A DNA stretch of 63,994 nt, filler included, from Reticulomyxa filosa (taxonomy: Eukaryota > Protista > Foraminifera), in NCBI GenBank assembly GCA_000512085.1. It is 18 parts of 18 records of this genome, joined end to end, with 100 filler letters (N's around TTAATTAATTAA, not from the genome) between each part and the next. Parts side by side here need not be neighbours in the genome. Positions count along the whole stretch, not along the records: positions 1 to 7,890 come from ASPP01027775.1; positions 7,991 to 15,360 come from ASPP01001250.1; 16 more parts are not named here. The stretch is one strand, 5' to 3'. A program made the translations under genes and the position numbers. This document shows, piece after piece, positions 1 to 13,174 of this stretch (the stretch's first letter is position 1; the number at the start of each line of letters is the position of its first letter). The notes beneath the pieces were generated by a model. The model had not been told where the DNA came from, searched no databases, and worked only from the letters and a program-made list of their open reading frames with translations.

Positions 1-461
1 TTGTATTTTCTTGTTTTTGTTCTTGTTCTTGTTTCTATTCATCATCCCAAAACAGAAACATAAAGATAAAAAAAATTATCACGAAATAATTTTGTTGTTA
101 CCTGTTCGATATTCTCCAATTCATTGATTTTGCTTTTATCCTTTTTAATATAAAAAAAAACATCAATTGTGATAAAACAAGATATGTTATTATTATTGTA
201 ATATACCTCATTTTCAACAGATAATTGAACAAGTTCTTTTATCACTAATTCGATATTTCCATTGCTATTTATTATTTTCTTTTTCAACTCTTCTTTATCA
301 ATTGGATCACCAAATAGTCGAATCAATGTTTTTATTTCCTTTTCATATTTCTTGTCTCCTTCGTTTATGGCATTGGTATTGTCACCGTTGCTGTTTTGCA
401 TTCCTCCTTTACACTTTGCTTTATCTATTAAAACAAAGTCACGCGTATCTTCATTATTCAT
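1..461 (-). CDS. Hypothetical protein, 5' part, with small N-terminal helical (CUE/UBA-like) domain; runs off the window
   Basis: MNNEDTRDF...YEKEIKTLIRLFGDPIDKEELKKKIINSNGNIELVIKELV, followed by GT-AG introns. The helix-LF-helix-NGN-helix pattern is UBA/CUE-like. Confidence 0.5.
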
Positions 462-689
462 ATAAGCAGCAAAACAAACATTTAGAGTTTTTGAAAGAAA
501 AATGATAAGGACGCACTTTCGCAAGAAAAAAACTATTTTTTAGATCTTAAGATAGAATTTTTAACAGACCTTAAATTCTTTGGCTGCTTATTTTATTAAA
601 GAATTTCTTTATGTTTGTTTCAAGAAAATGTCCAACAACAAAGTACAAAATTTTAAATGAAAGATTTGTCCTAACTTTTTTAGAAGTTC

Positions 690-3600
690 AAAAACGCAGT
701 GCCCACTGTCCACCATAAGGATTTAGCTGATTATTCTGGTATGAGACACAGCAATTGTGCTTTTAAGCATCTACATTAACATTTTTCCAATTTCTGTATT
801 TGGGCTCTGTTTTTACGTCTCACAATTGAATTGTTTTACAATCTTCTGGTAATACACGTGACTTAATTTTCTCATGTATGAAAATTTCACAATAGTCCGA
901 CTTTTAAGTGTAGTGTTTTAATTAGAGAAAATGTAGTCTTTTATTGATCGTCAATTTTTACTTTGAAGGAATTACAGTCTTGTACTTATGAAAAATTTTA
1001 TCTTTAAGATGCATATATTTTACACTGTGCCAAACAAGAAACACAAAAGTAATAGGAAAAATTTTTTGTTACACAAATTATTGGTAAATGTGTTCTATTT
1101 TTGTGTCTTTTTAACGCACACCACAACTCACCAACGTGCTTTACAAATAATTTAATATCAGCCCTTTCTTTGAAAAGGTCGCATTGCCTTGGGTCAAAAT
1201 TCATCGTGCTCATCCAATTGTACAACGTTTCGGTTCTAATTTCAGTATATCAATATTTTAATTTTTTTGTTGGAAATACAAAAAAAAACAAATTTGTAAA
1301 ACAAACTAACAGGTTAATTTTGTCAGCACGGCTCAACAACACAATCACTTGGCAAAGTGTTTGAATTGCATCTTGCTTATCTTGTGGATCACTAAAAATA
1401 GTTTGAATACTCTCCCACTCATCAGAAGTGGAAGCGTGATTTTTGATGTCAGGATAGTGATTTTCAAGATATTTTAAATGGTTTTCAACGGTTAACTCAT
1501 TGGCATATTGAAACATTGGAATACTTATATCGATTATATGCCGATCTAAAATAGCTCTATTGTAAATTTCATCTTCAATGGATTGAAAGTCAAATTTTTC
1601 GCTATTGTCATCGTCATATTCATGTTCACATTCCAATGTAGGACAATGCCATGTGGTAATGATTTTATTTACCATAGCTTTATCTATACAAATAATATCT
1701 CTATTGGAGATTTCAAACAAGGATTTAGAAATAGTTATTTGATTTGATGAGACAGGATCCGTTGTCACGATACTATCATCCCGTTGTTGAAGTGAATATC
1801 TTTTGCATAGAACTGGACTTTTTAGCTTTGTTGAAGAATTGGGAGTAGTTTTTTTCGATATCTCTTTCAAATTTCTCAATACTTTGAGAATCAACTTTGT
1901 CCAATTCATTGATATACACCTTGTTGAACCACTGCGGAAGTTCACAAAACCAATCATGTAATGCCCTACAAAGTGGTCCCTCCTTCATTTTCGTTATTTT
2001 CGATAGCAATAAAAATATGCCTTTTATCTTTTTCCACAAACTGGGCACTCGCACTTCCGAAGTGCCTATGTCTCCCAACAGCATTGTCAAATGGCTCAAT
2101 AATTGTAACAATGTACAAATCACCGGAGATATTTCCTCATTTTGCGTTTCATCTTTTTCGCTGCAATTAATGATATTATACATGCAGAATTTTTTTTGCA
2201 ATTCATATATATTTTGTGCTGTTATTTTCGATTAGCAAAAAAAAAATAAAATATATATACATATACCACAATTCCTAACACACTTGTTGACAATCTGTGC
2301 AGCTGCATTTGCTCCTGTTGTTTGTGTTGTGGGATCAGTACTACCTATCATTATGCCGCACCATGGGTCTGGACATTTTAACACTTTTCGATTGGCTTGG
2401 TATTCTTTCACAAAAAAAAGGATGTCGATTTCGACAATAACAAATTGTGAATTCTGTTTTTGTTATTTCATCCTTCGATCGCTCACCTGCTTTGCGTTGG
2501 TTTGCAAAATTTTGTGGGTTCAGTCAATAGTATTTTAAACGGGTTTTCTGTGGAGGAAAATAATAATAGATAGAGTTGAATTGGCCCTTTATGCAAAAAA
2601 AAAAAAAAAAAAACGGCAGAGAAAATTTGACTATTTTTTGACAAAATCATTCTCTCTCCAAACTTTTCATAATCTGCAGCCAATGAAAAGAGAGGCGGAC
2701 AATGGCTTCATCGATCGTATCGTTAAAATTCGACGGCTGAAACTTCTTTGTCACTGGAGATGTTGACAACAAATTTTTTTATGCAAGTTTTTTCCACCTC
2801 TGAAGTTATGAAATTCAAATTTTGCAAGTACGGAAATATTTCTATTTTTGTGTAAAAGACATTGACAAAAAATGCACTATTTTTTTTGGATAAGTCATTG
2901 CAAAAATATATATGCATATATGTACATACATACAAATATATGTATGTTTATAAAGCTGTAACCAGATAAATTTGTAGATAAATTGGAGCTGGATATAGAC
3001 AATGCTGCAGTTAATAAAGGAGAAAGTCTTGCTTGTTACCAGTATAGCAATCAATATTTTTCAACACTAGCTTAGCTTTGAAATGTTTATATTTTTTACT
3101 AAAGTTTTCATTGAATGGCCATGATTTGATTGCGAAAAGAACATTTGGACCCACTCCATATTTTTCAACATGCAACATTGTTTGATGAACCACTTGTGTA
3201 AATGATGCTCATACTCTTGCCACTCTTCAAAAAGTCCCTGATTGCTCTGGAAATAAGACAGATCTATGCAAATGCCTGTTAAATACGATCTAATTTCTTC
3301 ATTCTCTGATAAACGCTCCGACATTGTCGCAATTTTGACTAAGGACGAAATATTTCGGATCAACCGTACTTTCAGTTGTGATGCGACGGAAATCTTTTCA
3401 TCTCGATTGCGACTTGGCTGTCTTAGCGCATGTCCTTCAAACTTCGTGGTGATATGTAGTTTTTCGTGTATTCGATTCAGGTTAACGTACAAATGCGGTG
3501 ACTCTTCGAGGATATGTGTCCATTGTTTCCGCACGAGTATTTCCAAGACTTGTAACTTGAGTAAAGATTGGAATGAAGAGATGTGAACAAAGTCTTGGGG

Positions 3601-6600
3601 CCGAGAAAATATTACTTGAAGGACATCTTGGAATGTCTGTTCATTGTTTGGATCGTCTATGTATTCCATTCTTTGAACCATATGTAATAAATCGTGAATG
3701 AAATAAAGACAAGTCTGCGTCTCCGAGTCAGGAGTAGCAGACTTAATAATCTCGGGAATAATATTGACATTCTTCAAAAATCCATCTTTTATCAAATCCA
3801 TCATAGTGGGCCAGTGTCTTGATTTTCGTCCATTGTTGTTGTTGTAGAAGTACCCTTCCACGTGTGTTTGATTTCAAGCGTCTTCATATGAAGCTGCCAA
3901 CATATAGCCAAAAATTCTTCATACATTTCTTCTGTTGAAGATGATTTGTTGTCGTAAAAACTTGAGGATAACCCTTGTTGCATTACAGACAATATCCATT
4001 TTGGAAACAAATTCCAATTTTCCTTTTTGCGGGACATTCATCAAGATATAATTGGATAATGCACATGCTACATTGGCCAATTTGTTCAATGGTATTTTAT
4101 CAGTATTCTGTTGACAAATTCTTTGTAATGTTCGATAACACAGTCTTGTCATCACAAAGCGATAAGCATTGGACATATTCGGTAATAACATAATTGAAAT
4201 GGTAAAAAAATTGCCTCGATCATTGGGATATGTATTGCCTCGTTTTGTATGACCATCCAAGCCATACAAAATACAATATCTTTGATAATATCAGTTAGCT
4301 GATCATTTCCTTCCACCGGCAAATGCATATGAAAATTGCCACGAATTACATCTTTTTGTATAGAATTCACAACTTTCATGACTGCACTGGGTTAATAGTT
4401 GGAAAGGCTTTCCATCTCCACTCAAACTATTTCTCAAATAAGCCCAACTTTTCATTATCTTGTCATTGGTTGCAACAAGCTCAGCTTCATTGCCACCAAA
4501 TGTGAAAATTCCAACTGAATGGAAAAACTGCTTCATAGAGCATTTTCGCTTTGCAAAGATGCAATTCTTCGTCAAGCAATTCACCTTTATCAAACAATGG
4601 AACCAATCACTCATCTTCTGCGCTTGCCATAAAAATATTTATCAATTGCTTGTTGTTATTTTCTATTGCCCGAAATATTTGTCTTTGCATATTTGATTAT
4701 TATTATTCCATATTTTTATATTTGTATCGTACAAACAAACAAACAAAAAAAGAACAACGTGAAAGTAGCAATTTTCATAAAGCGATAATAGCACTCTGAT
4801 CCATCCCAAAGTGATAATATTATTCACTATAGTTTGATAGGTTTGGATAAAACTATGTTGAGATCCGTTTGCTTCTTTGCTCAGAGCTTGTTCGACTTTC
4901 CTTTTTGTCATGTCGATAACACGCTGAGAAGAAATGTTTTTCTTTAATACCAATCTCAGTCGTTTTTATCATCATTTCTTCAATTTCTCTGGACACAAGA
5001 TTTTCTTTCAATTCAAAAGGAATATCGAGAGATGATGGAAATTCCAAATAAAAGAAGGCACGCTATATCATTTTTTTGCATCTGATTATTGTGTAGAGTG
5101 CAATATTACAAATGTGACAATAACAAAACAAATGACTCACATCAACGCATATATAAACATATAATAATAATAATAATAATAACAAACTTGTTCAAATGTG
5201 ACATTTTCGATCATCGTTGTTTTGGGTCACCTTTAACCAAGTTTTCCAGGCGCAAAGATACTCCGTTGGTTAACGAATCAACAAAAGCAGTGTTCAATGT
5301 CGCCAATGTCGATTGGATAAATTTCCACAAGTTATCAAAAATTTTTATATTATTTCGATATTTGATCAATAGTTTTTTCCATTCAACACATGAAATACAA
5401 TATTCTAATTTATCCTTTAATAGGTCATTTCCATTTCCAGTTTCTTCATTTTGTGAGGAGCTTTTTTCTTCTTTTTTATCTTCATTAAGCCCTTTTTTCC
5501 ACATCCGAGTCTTGCTTATCACTAGTTCATTTTTATCATTTTAACAACTACATAAACAAAGACAAAACAAAAATACATATTGCTATGCAGCATATCATTT
5601 CGAGGAAATATCGATTAGTAATGACAATAACCAATTACATTCTGACAAGTCCCGAAAGTGATTCATTAATACATTTGTCCAACATATTTCTGGACTCTTT
5701 GTCCCAACATTTTTTGTCAAATGAAAAATTGCCAGCTGTTGATTCTACTTGCCTCTTGAACACATTGCGAAAGTATTTTGCTGTACCGAGAAGGGAACAG
5801 CAGCCACAACGCTTTGCGATGACGATACTTGTCAATCAAAAAGTTGAACCCATACCCCCAAATTGTTGAAGTTGGTTTGGCCCTTCTTCAACAAACTTTT
5901 TGTCAAAGCGACTGTCCTTTTGGCCATTGAATTCAAGTTTCTTTTTTATTATTGTGGTTTTTTTTTGTTGTTTATTAATTTTTGTGATCAAACAGCAAAA
6001 AATGTAAATTTGTTAACATTCCACAATAGATCAATTAAATTACATAAGATTTCCTTGTTATACAACATTTTTTCAGAATTGTTTTCAGCAATTTGCTTTT
6101 TTCATTCCAGCTTTTTTTTTTTGTAATATTTTATGGTCCATGCGAGATGAGACAAACAAAAAAAAGATAAATATTACATAATCTTTTGTTCTTGAAAAAA
6201 TGTTATAAATTCCAAGGAATTTTCTGCTGATGCAGTCACCAATTTACTGAATTCGTTATTGTTCAGAAATTGTTCTAAAAACGACTGTCGGACCTGATCG
6301 TTTTCAAAAATTCCAATTTTTTCAAGTACAGTTAAATATGAGTTCCATTGTTCAAAATCTCTTTTAAATGCCGTCAACATAACCCTCCAACATTTACCGC
6401 AATTATCCATCGAACATATATTGTCCCACACACTCTTATCTTTTTGGGACAAAAACTTTAAAATAGATTGAGATAATTTGGTATCCTCTTGATCATGTAA
6501 TAAAAAAATGACGTATATTTCACTGTATCTGGATGCAATCACATTTCTTGTTTAATTCTGTTTCAAACTGACCCGCAGCTGTGATTTCAATGTATGTTAA

Positions 6601-7890
6601 CATTTATCCTAATGTGAATTTAGTTTGAAATGAAGACAAATGGCATGAAAAGAGACATTGAAGTGTGTACCTTGCGAAGTTCGGAATTGGACAGTGAATG
6701 AAACTGTCTTAATGCTTTTGAGAGAGCTATTGCTGCTGTCTTCGGCTGTAACGAAGCATTCCAAAGATCCATTACGTTTGATATATCTGACTGCCTTCAA
6801 AGTCAGTGAGAGAACATCGGATTTATCTTGGATAACTATTTTAAGCCCAGAATTTTTTACACCAAGTGATTTTCCCATCAACATAAGTTTTCCGATCATT
6901 CTTAATACTTTCCAAAAATGTGAAGAGATCAAAGGGCCTTATAATTATTTGTTTTGTCTTGTTTTTATTTTTTAAAAAAAAGAAAATCAAAGATAGGAAA
7001 AAAAAAAAAGGAAGTTATGAAAATATAGCGAATTAAAAAGCAAACTGCACTATTTTTAATTGGGAACAAGATTCTTCACTTAATTGGAGTTTTTCATTCC
7101 AAAGAATGTCTAAGTCCACACCGTCTTTTCTGAACATATATCAATGGCAAATGTGTATTTTCTAAGCATTTTTATTTCTCCCATTAAACCAAAGAGAAGT
7201 TACAAAAGAAAAGAAGAGAAGGATGATGCAAATCGATATTATTTCGATCTCTTGTTGTTGTTAGTAATAAACTTCACATAGCCCTCCCATTTTCCGGCTG
7301 ATTGTTGAAATGGAGAATGACTCTTGTCATGTGATTTATCAGTAGATCCCCAGGTAAGATCTGCGATCCAGGCATCGGTAGCATCTTCATTTGTTTTTTT
7401 TTCGGTGGAATTGGTGTGGCTTTCAAACGCTGAATTGTCTCCGAAATGGTCGATTTCAACCCCCCAATTTGACCAGCCGTCATGTTCATTCTTTGACCCA
7501 TTTTCATGAGTGTTTTTCATATCTTATAGCACCGACAAACGTAAACACATTACACACGCATTTTCAAAAGAGAGACAAGTGATTGTGTTAAAAAAAAAAA
7601 AGCATGAAAGACTACAATGCCCCCCCCCCCTCCCTTTTTTTTTAAAAAAAAAAAACAACAAAACAGTACACAACATTACTTGCAATGCCCAGTCCCAATT
7701 GAGAGTATTCGTACGTTTGTCTTCCGTTAACATTGCAACAATTGCTCTCAAGTCATTGTTTTCCACTGCTAGTGATTGTAGCTATTATCAACAAATATTT
7801 GCAACAAACAATGGAAATAACAAATTTAAACATATGCACATGTACATGTATACGTGTATGCATATACATATATATGTACTTGATCACTTT
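690..7890 (-). pseudogene. RNF213/mysterin-like gene (E3 module, RZ finger, C-terminal domain), multiply frameshifted; no AAA core visible
   Basis: RZ-like motif YCRNRHPFF(V)KEY...KCPDPWCGIMIG at about 2340-2450. CTD-like FDFQSIEDEIYNRAILDRHIIDISIPMFQY (RNF213 FDLEKIQRQIVSRFLQGKP) and LFVKHVGELWCAL (RNF213 QLKHTIALWQFL). At least six frameshifts between 1790 and 4380. Ends are approximate. Confidence 0.7.
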
Positions 7891-7990
7891 NNNNNNNNNN
7901 NNNNNNNNNNNNNNNNNNNNNNNNNNNNNNNNNNTTAATTAATTAANNNNNNNNNNNNNNNNNNNNNNNNNNNNNNNNNNNNNNNNNNNN
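7891..7990. other. Artificial contig spacer (first of 17)
   Basis: Identical N44-TTAATTAATTAA-N44 blocks (stops in all six frames) start at 7891, 15361, 21638, 24869, 31816, 33568, 37503, 44005, 45867, 49089, 52286, 55030, 56252, 57499, 59188, 60802 and 62803. Confidence 0.99.
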
Positions 7991-8600
7991 AATTTCTTTT
8001 TGTGCTGTCAAATGGCATTGTATTTAAAATGTAGTCCATTGGATCAATGAAATTAAGAATACCAAGCCTGACAGGATCATGGTAGTGCAAGAATCACAGG
8101 CCAATTGCATTGTTATCAAGTGTTGATGGAAAGAATTATCACAAGGAGATTAATGTGGTGGTTGAATGAGAAACAGTTATTACATCAAATACAAGCATGA
8201 TTCCAATCTTGGCATAACACAGATGAATTGTTATTGAGATTGACTGAGACGATCCACAAGTGTTATTGGATATATCTGCAGCGTATGATAGTGTTTGGAT
8301 AAATGGATTGAAATATAAAATGAGAAATGAATTTAAATTAGATTGAGGATTATATTGGTGGATTGACAGCTTCTTTTCAGATCGACTTGTAAGAGTTGTA
8401 TTGAATGGAACTAATTAAGATTTGATGGAATTCAATACCGGAGTTCCTCAAGGATCTGCTTTATCTCCAATATTTTTCTATTATATATCAATGACCTACC
8501 GACAATAATTCATCAGCCATTCAGTGTGTTATGTTTGCTGATGACGTGGCATTGTGGATATCAATATTTAATGTAAATGAGATGAGCGACCAACTAGGAC
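7991..8600 (+). mobile_element. Decayed non-LTR retrotransposon (LINE) reverse transcriptase fragment
   Basis: Across frames: HRPIALLSSV, LMERII..RL, DISAAYDSVW..GL, GVPQGSALSP, FLLYINDL, FADDVALW. Contains stops and frameshifts. Confidence 0.9.
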
Positions 8601-9710
8601 ATTATAAAAAAAAATCTATATTATCATCATTAACGATCGTCTTGAAAAATCGTCAATATTATCTCGAGATCACTTCAAGTAAACTTAGAACAAGTATATA
8701 TATCGAATATCTCAAATCTTCAAGTCAAAGTCCGAAATTTTTTTTTTACTAGTAAAATTAATTTTTATATTAATTAAAAATTTTTTTTTTATAGTAGTTG
8801 GATTTTTGTGATATTGTTAGTATTGCGGTTTTTAACCTTTTTAACCATTTGGCAACGTTTTTGTTACAATTCATTTTCGGGGGGCTATTGTCATCAGTTC
8901 TGCATCTTGCGTGTTGTCTGACTTTGAGATGTGGAAGTGCTTTAAAACTTAACGCGTATATTGACCCCAGTTGCTTTAAGTGTACCGATGTGCAAACTCA
9001 TCTTTTATTATCTCAACACAAATCCGATTAATTCACCGATATATCCAATATATGTTTTCTACAAAATTTTTAGTTTTTTTATATGAATTCTGCTTTACTT
9101 TGTAGGGACAGTGATTAGACTAAGTGTAATACGAAAGGAACTTAGTTCCAAGAAACCAATTTCAGTAAAATAAATTGAGAACAAATAATTCAACACAATA
9201 AAGAAAACAAGTAAAGACACGAAAAGTGATTTGTGTTGTGAAGATGGCTTTAACCCACCTGATCCCACCGTTCCCCTAGTAGTTGATACTGCATATAGGG
9301 ACTTACCCTACAACTTTATAAAATAGTCAATTATCATTAGCTTACTAACTACTTGTTGGTATTTCAACTTACTTAAATTTTGAATTAGATTAGAATTTGC
9401 CAATGATACTTCAATATCTCACATCAATTATTGTCAGCTGTAAGTTTTGTATTCTTTTGCAAGTGAATCTTTCGCTACAATATTTCAACGTAGAAGTTTA
9501 GTTATGCAATATATGAAACACAATTTTCAATTATCATAGTCCGTTGAATCAAAAATACAATATGAATTGAAATATATTTAAAAATATCTAACAATAATTT
9601 CCAAAAAAAACAAGTTGGGAAATAAAGAAATTGCCATGTAATTGTATTTATTTTTGTCAAATGATATTTCTCAGCTTGTTCTTGTCAAATTTACAGAATT
9701 CCATTTTTGG

Positions 9711-10989
9711 TCAATGCTTGAAAACAACATGATGTTGTATGTCAGTAAATAATCGCTCCGTTAAATGAGTGCCGTTTGAATCAACGTTTTGCTTGTTTTA
9801 TTTGAAATAAATCGTGTACAAATATTACTGTTTTGACTAAAAGACAAAAAGATACAAAATACGAAACAGTATAAATCTGTCTTTGCCGGTCCTGAACACG
9901 ACTTAGAAAAGACGTGCGAATAAAGCAAATGGACTCTTCAAGTGAATGGTCAGGCCCTTGATAGTCACTGAAATAAATGTTGATTGATGCTTTGGAAATT
10001 TTCTTGCAGAATAAATCAAAGTTGTAAAAAAGAAGTATAAAGCATACACGTGATCCAGAAAAATTATGGTCATTTACGGTCTCGTCCCACAAGTTAATAG
10101 TTTCTGTCATCGGATGAATAGTGTTGTATCGAGATGTTTGATCGAAACAAGCCAAATCAACTACAAATATTACTCCGTGTAAACTATCAAAGTAGTGGAC
10201 TTGTAATTTACTAAGTTTTTGTAAAACGACGTCATAGACGATGAATTTGTTGTCTTTCACTGTAAATGACATTTCACGAATACCTTGTTGTATTGTTATC
10301 ATTGTTGTTGTCATTAGTATTGTATACTGATAAGAAAAGATAACTGCTCTGCATATTGGATAATTGCAAGTCTTGATCAGAAGGCAGATAGTTTTGTTCG
10401 GCAATCTTGTCGATGCTGTTAAAAAAATGCACACAGTTGTCACTATTACCTAAATCAATGTATTCTCGAAATGCTTTTTTTATCGTTTCGTTTGACCATA
10501 GTGTCTTTATTATCTTTGCTGTCTCTGTGGTCAGCTCGCTTTTTTGGGGTAACGCAAATATTTCCTATTTATTCCAATGTTTACATACAACATATTGCAT
10601 CATCTGCAATATCACGTACTTGCAAATCTCGTCAAAGTTATTATTATTTTTTGCGTAACGTCAATCAATGGCCAGACACTTTCATCAAAAGTGTAATTCA
10701 ACCCTTCGGCAGCATCGATGATATCTTGCATTTGTTCGATGATAAAGGCGTGGATCAACGGCCTCGCGCGTTGCTTGTCCAAATCTGAATATTGACGTCC
10801 CCCCAACAAATTGAAGACTGCAGACTTTTTGCTCCTCTTTGTTCCTAACAACACCAACTTGTGGACACTTCGATCTGTCGTAGCTACTCTTTTTCCTTCA
10901 ACTTCTAGATGCTCAATTTCCAATTGCCGCTCAATTAGTTGTTGTTGCCACATATTCTCTGTTACTTCACTATCGAAAAGATTGCCCAT
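9711..10989 (-). CDS. Heterotrimeric G-protein alpha-like protein with degenerate G1-G5 motifs
   Basis: Four exons (10989-10660, 10564-10345, 10283-9868, 9791-9711) with GT-AG introns give an uninterrupted 348-aa ORF. MGNLFDS myristoylation start; HKLVLLG; helical domain KTLWSNETIKKAF, HFFNSIDKIAEQNYLPSDQD; VIFVVDLACFDQ; FSDYQG. Confidence 0.88.
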
Positions 10990-12048
10990 CTTTTTTTTTG
11001 ATAAGAAAAGGTCTTTTTGACAAGAGTTATGTAAAATTTTCCGTGAACGGGGTCTGCTACCCTAAAAAACGTACTGTCAACCCCACAAACTGTTCTGACT
11101 CAATTGTACAAAATTATATTTTAAATCAAATGAATAAATACAATCTTGCTTTTGATGTTTGCATAGCGCCACATAATGTGAACATAAAGTGTAAATCACT
11201 CTTAGGAATAAACAATTTAGATTCAGTAATGATGATTAATTTAATCGATGCTACTGACCGGCCAATTTTAACACCAGAATTAATCGTATCAACGCTATAG
11301 GACAGACTGAGTTCCTGAAACCTTTTTCGTCTAAAACCCCACTCATTTCTTCAGACAATTCCTTTATTTTTGTTTGCATTGTATGTTGTCTTATTTAATC
11401 ATTCTATTTGATTTTTGCTTAAAAGGGTGCGACTTGCGTATTACACTTTCCAGTGTGTTTACTTCCCGCAAGGTCAAAAAATGCTGCAAACTGTTAACTA
11501 ACTATGGCTTGTGATTTCATGCTAGTACAGAAAGAAAATTTTTCATAAAGACGAGCAAGAAAGAAATATAATCACTGGTATGTGATGTGTCTCTTCGAAC
11601 AACATCACAAAACAAATTCATGCTTAGTATCGATGGTACACACGTTGACTGATCCACAATTCAATTAGCTTAGTTCTTGCATTTGTCTAAGTCTAAGGCC
11701 TGGAATGTTTCCAAACATTAAATCTTTTACATTTTTTGTTGAAGTAAATTGTGAAATCTAAAAAGTGCGCAAAAATTATTTTTTAAAGGAATAACTACTA
11801 GAAGTAAATGTATTACTTCTTAAATACACTTGTGCAAGAAAGGATAACGCAAAGCACTTGGCTTTTACATCAATCGTGTTCACTTTGCAATTGCAGACTA
11901 CAGTTAAAACTTTGTTAAAAATAAAAAAATTTCTATTCGTATAAATAGTAAACAAAACAAACAAAAAGAAACAACTCCACATTCCAGCTTTTTTTGACAT
12001 TTTAATAAATTTACTGCGAGTAATTTTTCATGACGGTGTTGTTTTGAT

Positions 12049-13174
12049 TTATTCTTCATTCAAATGGGTATTGTCGTCATGTGGTCCAACTCCCAACAAA
12101 GATAACTTATCTCTGAACACAGCCATTCTCAACAATGGATGAATCAGTGCCGAACAATAACGGATGAAAAGAGGCAAATCTACCTCCTCTACATTTTCCA
12201 AATATTTTTTTGCCTCTTCTCTCTGTAATGGTGATGGACACACAACATTGTAAAAATGATGAATAAACAAGCACATGTTTGGGTTGTCGCGTTTTTTCAA
12301 TTTCGCACTTGCCAGAGGTGAAACGAATGAGAAAAAAAACGAACAGATAAAAACACACCCAAATCGACATCACCTGTTCGTTGTTTGCTAAGAAGATATC
12401 AACCAAGTTCAAATCCTCAATCACTTTTTTGCTGAGCTTTCCAGAATGATGGGTATCATGCTTTTCAAAGATTTCAATTACCTTTCTTTGCTGATAGTCA
12501 CTAACGTACGTAGCAAATTCACCACGTTCCAAGTGGAATACTATTGTTGGCGCAGGCCTTCCCCAAGCCAAACTGCCACCAAATCTTGCAAAGTTTGGAT
12601 TCAAATTCATGTTTGTTGCAATTTTCACCACTTTTGCAATTTTTTGGCGCTTCAATGACTCAACCACGACACACGCCATCGAAATCGCTACATATATGTT
12701 TTATGTTCAACACATCTCTGTTTTGCTTCTATCGGAAGTTCGCATTGTTTTCGTCCCCTGTTTCTCTCTTTCAATCACAACCAACACATCAAACAAACAC
12801 ATGTTTCCTTCATTTCAATTACCTCGGTCGACGCCGGTCACCATCAGAGTTTCATCGCATCTGAGGATTTTGCGAGCTCGGTTGATAAAAAACGCTAAGC
12901 GACGGAAGCCCCTCCTTGAGTTCTCAGTAATAATCAGTCGATTGGGCAACTTCAACGTGAAATTGGTATTGGAGGGATTTATGTTGACAGGATTCACGTT
13001 ACCGGTATTCACATTCATGTTTGTCGTAGTATTCACGTTGGTATTCGGATTGGTGTTCATGTTGGTACTCGCGGTACTCGTGTTGTCGCTTCCTCGGGAC
13101 GTGTTCTCTCCTTGTCTTTTATCACTGGTAACTTTTATGGTCTCTTGATAGGTTGCCTCTAGTACAGTGGTCAT
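12049..13174 (-). CDS. Alba-domain (Rpp20/Rpp25-type) protein fused to a C-terminal EF-hand-like domain
   Basis: Three exons (13174-12823, 12687-12374, 12222-12049), 279 aa. Spliced TLMVTGVDRAISMACVVVESLKR matches the Alba consensus (ARGRAISKAVDVAEILKR). Then IFEKHDTHHSGKLSKK, an EF-hand loop. The N-terminus is N/T-rich low complexity. Confidence 0.8.

Noticed and set aside
1780-4400. Serial frameshifts as programmed ribosomal frameshifting or RNA editing
   Set aside because: No common slippery or stop motif at the sites. Several lie in homopolymers, and similar indels hit MCM2 and the PT-repeat gene, so sequencing error or decay is simpler.
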